Below, piece after piece: positions 52,864-60,124 of a DNA stretch of 64,000 bases. The translations under genes were made by a program, and so were the position numbers. The notes beneath the pieces are model-generated. The model did no database searches. It was not told where the DNA came from and saw nothing but the letters and a program-made list of their open reading frames with translations. This DNA is from Elusimicrobia bacterium HGW-Elusimicrobia-3 (GTDB taxonomy: Bacteria > Elusimicrobiota > Elusimicrobia > Elusimicrobiales > UBA9959). The stretch covers positions 39,278 through 103,277 of the forward strand of contig PHAL01000002.1 of the NCBI GenBank assembly GCA_002840355.1. The letters are read 5' to 3'. Numbering within the stretch: position 1 is the stretch's first letter; each line of letters begins with the position of its first letter.

Positions 52864-53936
52864 AAAACTCGCTGATAAAGAAATATTCCGTCAGAAAGCT
52901 GGACGCGGAGCTGTTCACGCCGTTCACCATCTCCAGCGGCAGCCACAAGAGCATGACCAACGTACTGTTCACGCTGGAGGCCGCCGGCGGGGTCAAGGGC
53001 TACGGGGAGGCGGCCATCGCCACGCATATCACAGGCGAGACCCGTGAGCGCACTATGCGCAGCCTGGAGAAGGCGGGGGAGCTGCTGTCTGGGCTGGACG
53101 CCGCCGATTATCTCGGCGCCCTGTGCCGCCTGGAGCGCCTGCTGGAGGGCAACCGGGCCGCGCTGGCCGCGGCCGAAATGGCCGTGCTGGACCTCGCCAC
53201 CCGCCTGCAGGGCCTGTCGCTGTGGAAGTTCTTCGGCGGGCGGGTGCCGGCCGTAAAGACCGACGTGACCGTGGTGATCGGGGGCGCGGACGCGGCTTAC
53301 GGCTTCACTAAAAAAATGCGGGCCCGGGGCTTCCGCATCTTCAAGATCAAGACCGGCGTGGACATGGACGAGGACTACCGGCGCCTCGAGGCCGTGCGCC
53401 GGGCCGCGCCGGGCTGCGCCGTCTACCTGGACGCCAACTGCGCCTACTCCGCCGGGGAAGCCGAAAAGTTCATCAGGGGGCTGATGCGGCGGGGGATAAC
53501 GCCCGAGGTGGTGGAGCAGCCGGTGAAGCGGGACGACATCGACGGGCTGGCCTACCTCTCCCGGCGGCTGCCGATGCCGGTCTGCGCGGACGAGTCCGCC
53601 TATTCCCTCGACGACGTGTTCGAGCTGATCCGCCGCGGCGCGGTCACGGCCGTCAACATCAAGCTGACCAAGCTCGGCTTCCTGCGCGCCCGCGAGGTGT
53701 GGGCCCTGGCCCGCGCCAAGGGTATAAAGCTGATGATGGGTGAAATGCTGGAGAGCGAGCTGGCCTCCAGCGCGGCGGCCCAGTTCGCCGCCGGCCTGGG
53801 CGGCTTCGATTTCATAGACCTCGACACGCCTTTCTTTATCAAGGGCAGCGGCCTGCGCCGGCCCGCTTTCCTTTCCCGCGACGGGGTTTACTCGCTGGAC
53901 CGCGTGCGGGCGGGTATCGGCGTGGAGCCCCGCTGA
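52860..53936 (+). CDS. Enolase-superfamily dipeptide epimerase (L-Ala-D/L-Glu epimerase-like)
   Basis: FKIKTG, YLDANCAY, VEQPV and ADES motifs. The ATG overlaps the upstream stop (ATGA). The tracked ORF 52329.. is an out-of-frame extension. Confidence 0.8.
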   Translation: MKNSLIKKYSVRKLDAELFTPFTISSGSHKSMTNVLFTLEAAGGVKGYGEAAIATHITGETRERTMRSLEKAGELLSGLDAADYLGALCRLERLLEGNRAALAAAEMAVLDLATRLQGLSLWKFFGGRVPAVKTDVTVVIGGADAAYGFTKKMRARGFRIFKIKTGVDMDEDYRRLEAVRRAAPGCAVYLDANCAYSAGEAEKFIRGLMRRGITPEVVEQPVKRDDIDGLAYLSRRLPMPVCADESAYSLDDVFELIRRGAVTAVNIKLTKLGFLRAREVWALARAKGIKLMMGEMLESELASSAAAQFAAGLGGFDFIDLDTPFFIKGSGLRRPAFLSRDGVYSLDRVRAGIGVEPR

Positions 53937-54592
53937 TGCGGCTGGCCGCCGCGCTTCTGCTGCTGGCCTGCCTGGCCCTGCCCGCGCGAGCGCAGGTGCT
54001 GCCCGACCTGCCGGACCTGGGCGACCTGCCCGAGCCGACGCGCTACCTGGCCGGCTACCTGTCGGCCGGCACCGGCTGGAGCAGGCCCGTGGGCGGGCAC
54101 TGGGGCGACGGCGACGCCGGTTTCAAGACTTCCCGCACGCTGGTGGTCGCGGCCTCCCGGCGGGTCGACGAGTTCCTGAGCTACGGGGCCGAGGCCGCCT
54201 ATGCCGGCGGCTACGCCAGCAACTCCTCCGAAGGCCTCAAGCTGAAAGTCTTCTCGCTGACGCCTTTCGTGCGGGCCTCCTACCCGGAGGGGAACAAGGT
54301 CTTTTACGGCATACTGGGCGCCGGCGTCTACCAGTGGAACAGCCCCGCCTACACTTCGGGAGGGGTGCGTTACGCTTCTGATTCCGGCTCCAGCGGCGGG
54401 TTGAACTTCGGCGGGGGCATGGGCTTCCCCTTCTGGTTCGGCACCACGGCCGGCCTGGACCTGCGCTGGCACAAGATCTTCAACATGAACGGCGCCAGCC
54501 TGGACCTGGGTTCGGCTGACAGCGTGAATTTCACCTTGACGCTGCAGTACGGGGTCTGGAGGGATAAAAAGACTCCCTTGCCGGCACCTTGA
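53936..54592 (+). CDS. Small outer-membrane beta-barrel protein
   Basis: Signal peptide LLLLACLALPARAQ with alternating-hydrophobic, Gly/Tyr-rich strands. Confidence 0.55.
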   Translation: MRLAAALLLLACLALPARAQVLPDLPDLGDLPEPTRYLAGYLSAGTGWSRPVGGHWGDGDAGFKTSRTLVVAASRRVDEFLSYGAEAAYAGGYASNSSEGLKLKVFSLTPFVRASYPEGNKVFYGILGAGVYQWNSPAYTSGGVRYASDSGSSGGLNFGGGMGFPFWFGTTAGLDLRWHKIFNMNGASLDLGSADSVNFTLTLQYGVWRDKKTPLPAP

Positions 54593-54616
54593 CAAGTCAA
54601 TACCATCTGCTATAAT
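54589..54616 (+). promoter_or_regulatory. Near-consensus sigma70 promoter
   Basis: TTGACA (54589-94, overlapping the upstream TGA), 16-nt spacer, TATAAT (54611-16) with TG at -15/-14 (TCTGCTATAAT). Confidence 0.55.
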
Positions 54617-54620
54617 ATGT

Positions 54621-54705
54621 GTGGACGCCGTATATCGGCCTCCACCTGTGAACTCCCCGAAACAAGGGAGAGCGATAACCCCCCAAAAGGGGGTTATCGC
54701 TTTTT
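54621..54705 (+). ncRNA. Candidate ~85-nt sRNA (promoter, two hairpins, strong terminator); alternatively a 3' UTR or terminator of the upstream operon
   Basis: Hairpin GTGGACGCCG/CGGCCTCCAC (54621-45), hairpin CTCCC/GGGAG (54654-70), and the terminator 54672-54705. Confidence 0.4.
54672..54705 (+). terminator. Strong intrinsic terminator
   Basis: GCGATAACCCCC (54672-83) pairs with GGGGGTTATCGC (54689-54700), followed by TTTTT. Confidence 0.8.
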
Positions 54706-54792
54706 CCGGCCTTTTCAGTCGTCCGGCATAATTTGTATGATATATATAATAATAAGGCGGGAATCCGCCATTGCGACTTTTACGGAGGCTTT

Positions 54793-56283
54793 ATGGGTAA
54801 ATTCGTGGAATGCGTTCCTAATTTCAGCGAAGGCCGCGACCTCTCCAAGATCAACGCGATAGTGGACGCCGCCAGGGCGGTGCCGGGCGTGCTCATCCTC
54901 GACGTGGAAAAAGACGCCGACCACAACCGCACCGTGCTCACCTTCATGGCCCCCGTGGAGACCGCCGCGGACGCCATGTTCGCCGTCACCAAAAAAGCCG
55001 CCCAGCTCATAGACCTCAACCACCACAAGGGGGAACATCCCCGCATGGGCGCCACCGACGTGGCCCCGTTCATCCCGATCATGGATTCCACCATAGAGGA
55101 CTGCGTGGCCCTGGCCGTGAAGGCCGGCGAGCGCATTGGCCGCGAGCTGAACATCCCGGTCTACCTCTACGACCGCGCCGCCAAATTCGAACACCGCCGC
55201 GACCTGGCCAAGGTGCGCAAGGGCCAGTTCGAAGGCCTGAAAGAAGTCATCGGCAAGGACCCCGAGCGCGTGCCGGATTTCGGCCCCAACCATATCCACC
55301 CCACCGCCGGCGCCATGGCCGTGGGCGCCCGCAACCAGATCGTCAATTTCAACGTCAACCTGAACACCACCGACATGGAGTTCGCCAAGGGCCTCGCCAA
55401 GAAGATCCGCACCTCCGGCGGCGGGCTGCCGGCCCTGCGCGCCAAGGAGATATTTCTGGAGAGCAAGGGCCAGGTGCAGATGTCCACGGTGCTGACCGAT
55501 TACAAGACCACCTCCATCAAGCGCGTGATGGACGAGATGCAGAAGGACCTCGGGCCCAAGGGCATTGCCGTCACCGGCACCGAGCTCATCGGCCTCACCA
55601 CCCAGGACGCCCTGACCGACTACGCGGTGGAGAACCTGCAGGTGAAGGATTTCAAGAAGGAAGAGCAGGTGCTCGAGACCAAGCTGCTCAAGCTGCTCTC
55701 CTCCTGGCAGGCGGGCGCCAACCTCTTCGTGGACGCGCTGGCCAACACCGATCCCACCCCGGGCGGCGGTTCGGCGGCCGGCGTGAGCGGCGCGGCCGGC
55801 TGCGCGCTGGGCCAGATGGCCCTCGGCATCACGCTGCGGAGCAAGAAGCTCGAAGAGGCCAAGCGGCCGGCCCTGCGCGAGCTGCACGAGCGCCTGGGCG
55901 GTCACAAAGCGGCGCTGCAGGCCTGCGTAAGCGAGGATTCCGCCTCGTTCGACGTTTTCATGGAAGCCATGAAGCTGCCCAAGGACAACCCCGAGCGCAA
56001 GGCGAAGATGCAGGCGGCCCTGAAGCACGCCGCCGAGGTGCCGCTCAAAACCGCCCGCCTGGCCGCCGAGGCCATGGCCGGCCTGACGGTCTGCCAGGGC
56101 TCCGTCTCCTCCCACGTGATGAGCGACTACCGCAGCGCCCGCTACCTGCTGGAAGCGGCCATCCGCTGCGCGGCCGAGAACGTTTTCATCAACGCCGAGG
56201 GCCTGGAGGACAAGGCCTTTGCGGAGAAGATAACCGCCGAGGTGAAGGGCTACCTGGCCTCCTGTGAAGCGGTGAAGGCTTAA
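54793..56283 (+). CDS. Fused glutamate formimidoyltransferase / formimidoyl-THF cyclodeaminase
   Basis: GGAGG lies before the ATG at 54793. It has the FVECVPNFSEGRD N-terminus and a C-terminal cyclodeaminase-like helical domain containing TPGGGS. Confidence 0.88.
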   Translation: MGKFVECVPNFSEGRDLSKINAIVDAARAVPGVLILDVEKDADHNRTVLTFMAPVETAADAMFAVTKKAAQLIDLNHHKGEHPRMGATDVAPFIPIMDSTIEDCVALAVKAGERIGRELNIPVYLYDRAAKFEHRRDLAKVRKGQFEGLKEVIGKDPERVPDFGPNHIHPTAGAMAVGARNQIVNFNVNLNTTDMEFAKGLAKKIRTSGGGLPALRAKEIFLESKGQVQMSTVLTDYKTTSIKRVMDEMQKDLGPKGIAVTGTELIGLTTQDALTDYAVENLQVKDFKKEEQVLETKLLKLLSSWQAGANLFVDALANTDPTPGGGSAAGVSGAAGCALGQMALGITLRSKKLEEAKRPALRELHERLGGHKAALQACVSEDSASFDVFMEAMKLPKDNPERKAKMQAALKHAAEVPLKTARLAAEAMAGLTVCQGSVSSHVMSDYRSARYLLEAAIRCAAENVFINAEGLEDKAFAEKITAEVKGYLASCEAVKA

Positions 56284-56308
56284 GTTTTTCAACTACAAGG
56301 AGTTTTGA

Positions 56309-57949
56309 ATGGCAAGCATGGACGCGATCTCACGCAACTTGATGCTGGACAGTCTCAAGGAGTACGCCAAGCGGCGCATTCCCTACGACCTGATCCGCGA
56401 GCTCGACGAGAAGAACGAATTCCCGGCGGAGATACTCAAAGAGATGTATCAGCACGACGTGCTGGGCCTGCATCTGCTGATGGTGCCGGTCGAGTACGGC
56501 GGCGTCTCTGGCGGCACGTTCGATATCTACCGCGTCTGCGAGCTGCTCGCCCGCATAGACCTGGGTATAGCCACCGGGGTGTTCGCCACCTTCCTCGGCA
56601 CCGACCCGCTCAACGTGGGCGGCACCGAGGAGCAGAAGGAGAAGTGGCTCAAGCGCATCGCCAGCGAGAACCTGCTGGTGGCCTACGGCGCTACCGAGGC
56701 CGACGCGGGCAGCGACCTGGTGAACCTGCGCACCCGCGCCGAGCACGTGGTGAAGAACGGCAAGATCGTCGGGTACAACCTTACCGGCAACAAGCAGTGG
56801 ATCTCCAACGGCGGTGTGGCCGACCTCTACACGATACTCGCGATGGCCCCCGGCGGCCCCTGCTGGTTCCTTGTGGAGCGCGACATGGAGGGGTTCAGCC
56901 CCAATAAGCACGAGGACAAGCACGGCATCCGCCTCTCCAACACCGCCGGCCTGTCGCTAGACAACGTTTATGTGCCCGCCGAGAACCTTATCGGCATGGA
57001 AGAGGGCAAAGGCCTGCTGCAGGCCCAGGCCGTGTTCGGCTATACCCGCGTGATGGTGGCCGCCTTCGGCCTTGGCGCGGGCGAAGAGGCCATCGAGCAG
57101 GCCATCCGCTACAGCCAGCAGCGCATACAGGGCGGCGGGCCGCTGTCCGACAAGCAGGGCTACACGCATAAACTGATCGTGCCCAACTACGTGCGCATGG
57201 AAGGCGCGCGCGCCTACATAGAGTACACCTCGCAGCGCCTGGACTCCGGAGAGCACGGCCTGCAGACCGAGGGCGCCATCGCCAAGTACGGCGCCTCGGA
57301 GTGGGGGAACAAGGCCGCCGACGACGCCATCCAGGCGCTGGGCGGCTACGGCTATACCAAGGACTTCCCCGTAGAGAAGATCAAGCGCGACATCAAGATC
57401 ACCTGCATCTACGAAGGCACCAGCGAAGTGCTCGAGATGACCATCTACCGCGGCCGCTGGCAGGAGCATCTTAAATCCCGCGGCCGGTATTACCTGGACA
57501 TGGCCGACAGGCTGGACCAGGCGCACGCCGAGGAGCCCAAGGCGGGCTGCCACGCCGCCGCGCTGGCGCTGCGCGCGCTCGCGGCCGTGCTGGAAGAGTG
57601 CCGCGCCCAGAAGCTCACCCGCCACCAGCACGTTACCTTCAAGCTGGGCCGGCTGATCTGCGCCGCCGAAACCGCCGCCATTTTCTCCGAGGCCGCCGCC
57701 GCCAGGAAGTACAGCGAGACGGTGCGCTTCGACCGGGAAGGCTGGCAGGCGATGGCCCGGGTATTCGCGCGCGAAGCCGCCCTCAGTACCGCGCTGGAAG
57801 GCCTGGCGCTGGTGCTCGGCGCGGCCGAGCAGGCGGGGAACCTCGCCGACGCGGTCAATGTCGAGGCGGTGCAGGCCGAACAGAAAGGCATGATCGCCGA
57901 CATGGACCTGGTGGCCGCCAAGCTGAAGCAGACTTTTAAGGCGAAATAG
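56309..57949 (+). CDS. Acyl-CoA dehydrogenase with a ~160-aa C-terminal helical extension
   Basis: YGATEADAGSD, KQWISNGG, and the IYEGTSE catalytic-Glu region. etfBA follow. Confidence 0.9.
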   Translation: MASMDAISRNLMLDSLKEYAKRRIPYDLIRELDEKNEFPAEILKEMYQHDVLGLHLLMVPVEYGGVSGGTFDIYRVCELLARIDLGIATGVFATFLGTDPLNVGGTEEQKEKWLKRIASENLLVAYGATEADAGSDLVNLRTRAEHVVKNGKIVGYNLTGNKQWISNGGVADLYTILAMAPGGPCWFLVERDMEGFSPNKHEDKHGIRLSNTAGLSLDNVYVPAENLIGMEEGKGLLQAQAVFGYTRVMVAAFGLGAGEEAIEQAIRYSQQRIQGGGPLSDKQGYTHKLIVPNYVRMEGARAYIEYTSQRLDSGEHGLQTEGAIAKYGASEWGNKAADDAIQALGGYGYTKDFPVEKIKRDIKITCIYEGTSEVLEMTIYRGRWQEHLKSRGRYYLDMADRLDQAHAEEPKAGCHAAALALRALAAVLEECRAQKLTRHQHVTFKLGRLICAAETAAIFSEAAAARKYSETVRFDREGWQAMARVFAREAALSTALEGLALVLGAAEQAGNLADAVNVEAVQAEQKGMIADMDLVAAKLKQTFKAK

Positions 57950-57966
57950 TTTTTGAAGGAGACACA

Positions 57967-58755
57967 ATGAACATAGTCGTACTCGTCAAACAGGTTCCCG
58001 ATTCTACAGAAGTAAAGATAAACCCGGAGACCGGCCACCTTATCCGCGCCGGCGTGCCGAGCATCATAAACCCCTACGACCACTTCGCCCTGCAGGCGGC
58101 GCTGGAACTCAAGGCCAAGCACGATTTCAAGGTGACCCTGGTCTCCATGGGCCCGCCCCAGGCCAAGAGCGTGGTGCAGATGGGCATGGCGCTGGGCGCC
58201 GACGAGGGCATCCTGCTCTCCGACATGGCCTTCGCCGGGTCCGACACCTGGTCCACTTCCTACGCGCTGGCCAAGGCGATAAAGAAGATCGGCAAGGTGG
58301 ACCTGATCCTGGCCGGCATGCAGGCCATAGACGGTGACACCGCGCAGACCGGCCCCGGCGTGGCCCAGCAGCTGGGCATGCCCCAGATAACTTTCTGCGA
58401 GCAGGTGGAGGTGGACGGCCGCCGCATCATAGCGCGCAAGCAGATCGACGGCGGCTACGAGGTGCTGGAAGCCCGCCCTCCCGTGCTGCTGACGATGATC
58501 ATGACCAAGGACTACACGCCGCGCTACCCGTCCTTCCTGGCGGTCAGCGCCTCGGCGAAGAAGCCGTTCCACGTCTGGAGCGCGGCCGACGTCGGCGCCG
58601 AGGCCCATTTCCTGGGCCTCAAGGGCTCGCCCACCCAGGTCAGCAAGATCTACCCGCCCCCGCAGCGGGAGAAGGCGGCCATGTTCTCGGGCTCCGGCCA
58701 GGAAGGCGCGGAGAAGATCCTGGAGATCATGCGGCGCGAGCACTTCTTAGAATAA
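57967..58755 (+). CDS. etfB: Electron transfer flavoprotein beta subunit
   Basis: MNIVVLVKQVPD start and the typical EtfB layout. Confidence 0.9.
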   Translation: MNIVVLVKQVPDSTEVKINPETGHLIRAGVPSIINPYDHFALQAALELKAKHDFKVTLVSMGPPQAKSVVQMGMALGADEGILLSDMAFAGSDTWSTSYALAKAIKKIGKVDLILAGMQAIDGDTAQTGPGVAQQLGMPQITFCEQVEVDGRRIIARKQIDGGYEVLEARPPVLLTMIMTKDYTPRYPSFLAVSASAKKPFHVWSAADVGAEAHFLGLKGSPTQVSKIYPPPQREKAAMFSGSGQEGAEKILEIMRREHFLE

Positions 58756-58781
58756 GCCAATTTTGACTACAGGAGAAGACG

Positions 58782-59978
58782 ATGATAGAAGTTTCCAACA
58801 AATGCATAGGCTGCACCAAGTGCGTACCGGTCTGCCCCTTCGCGGCGATCAACATGATAAGCAAGAAAGCCGTGATGAACGAGGCCTGCACGCTGTGCGG
58901 CGCCTGCGTGCAGGTCTGCCCGGTGCAGGCCATCACGATCACCCGCGAGGAAGCCTCTGCCAAGGACTTTTCCGGCTATAAGGGCGTCTGGGTGTACGTG
59001 GAACTGACCGAGACCGGCGACAAGACGCACCCCAAGAAGATCAAGCCCGTGACGTTCGAGCTGCTCGGCGCGGCGCGCAAGCTGGCCGACGAGCTCAGGG
59101 AAGAGGTCTGCGCGGTGCTGCTGACCGACAAGGACCACAATTACGCCAAGGACCTGGGAGCCTACGGCGCCGACAAGGTGTACATGGTGGAGCACGACGA
59201 GCTGTTCGAGTACAACACCGACGTGTTCTCCACCGTCATCGTGGGCCTGGTGAACCGCCACAAGCCCTCCTCCATGCTCTACGGCGCCACCATACAGGGC
59301 CGCGACCTGGCCCCGCGCGTGGCCTCCACGCTCTACGTCGGCCTCACCGCCGACTGCACGGCGCTGGCCATCAAGGACGGCCTGCTGCTGCAGAGCCGGC
59401 CGGCCTTCGGCGGCAACATCATGGCCGACATCCTGGCCCCCAATTCCCGGCCGCAGATGTCCACCGTGCGCCCGAACGTGATGAAGATGAACGAGCCCGT
59501 GGTGGGCCGCACCGCCGTGGTGGTGCGCGAGAGCGCCAAGCTCGACAAAAGCCTGCGCCGCGTGAAGGTGCTCGAGCGCAAGATAGCGCACGACGCCGCC
59601 GGCGTGAAGATAGAGACCGCCGGCGTGATCGTCTCCGGCGGCCGCGGCATGAAGACCAAGGAGAAGTTCAGGCAGCTCGAGGAGTTGTCCAAGCTGCTCG
59701 GCGGCGTGGTCGGCGCCTCGCGCGCGGCCGTGGACCTGGGCTTCAAGGACAAGGCGCACCAGGTGGGCCAGAGCGGCACCACGGTGTCGCCCAAACTGTA
59801 CCTTTCCTTCGGCATCTCGGGCGCGGTGCAGCATATCGTGGGCATGAAGGCCTCCGACGTGATCGTGGCGGTCAACAAGGACCCGAACGCGCCCATCTTC
59901 AACGTCGCCAAGTACGGCATCGTGGGCGACGCGCACGAGATAGTGCCGAAGCTGATAGAGGCGCTGAAGAAGAAGTGA
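58782..59978 (+). CDS. etfA: Electron transfer flavoprotein alpha subunit with an N-terminal 2x[4Fe-4S] ferredoxin domain
   Basis: CIGCTKCVPVCP and CTLCGACVQVCP motifs, then the EtfA core (IVSGGRG, GASRAAVD, QVGQSG, AVNKDPNAPIF). Confidence 0.9.
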   Translation: MIEVSNKCIGCTKCVPVCPFAAINMISKKAVMNEACTLCGACVQVCPVQAITITREEASAKDFSGYKGVWVYVELTETGDKTHPKKIKPVTFELLGAARKLADELREEVCAVLLTDKDHNYAKDLGAYGADKVYMVEHDELFEYNTDVFSTVIVGLVNRHKPSSMLYGATIQGRDLAPRVASTLYVGLTADCTALAIKDGLLLQSRPAFGGNIMADILAPNSRPQMSTVRPNVMKMNEPVVGRTAVVVRESAKLDKSLRRVKVLERKIAHDAAGVKIETAGVIVSGGRGMKTKEKFRQLEELSKLLGGVVGASRAAVDLGFKDKAHQVGQSGTTVSPKLYLSFGISGAVQHIVGMKASDVIVAVNKDPNAPIFNVAKYGIVGDAHEIVPKLIEALKKK

Positions 59979-60124
59979 GGCAGGCCCGGTCTCCCGGCGG
60001 GTGCCTGGAGCCGGGAAATGCCCGGGCGCGGCTTATGCCGCCGCGACAGAGACGCGGATTTATTAAAGAAAGAACGTGACATTGCTAAACAGGCTGCTGC
60101 TTATCGTGTTCGGGGCGGGGCAGC

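Noticed and set aside
54621-54792. THF (folate) riboswitch upstream of the formiminotransferase-cyclodeaminase gene
   Set aside because: It is attractive functionally, but the sequence does not resemble the THF-I or THF-II consensus as I recall them. The element also appears to have its own promoter and terminator.
59979-60075. Hairpins after etfA as a terminator
   Set aside because: Several GC-rich stems exist (CCCGGTCTCC/GGAGCCGGG, GCGGC/GCCGC, CGCG/CGCG), but none is followed by a convincing U-run.
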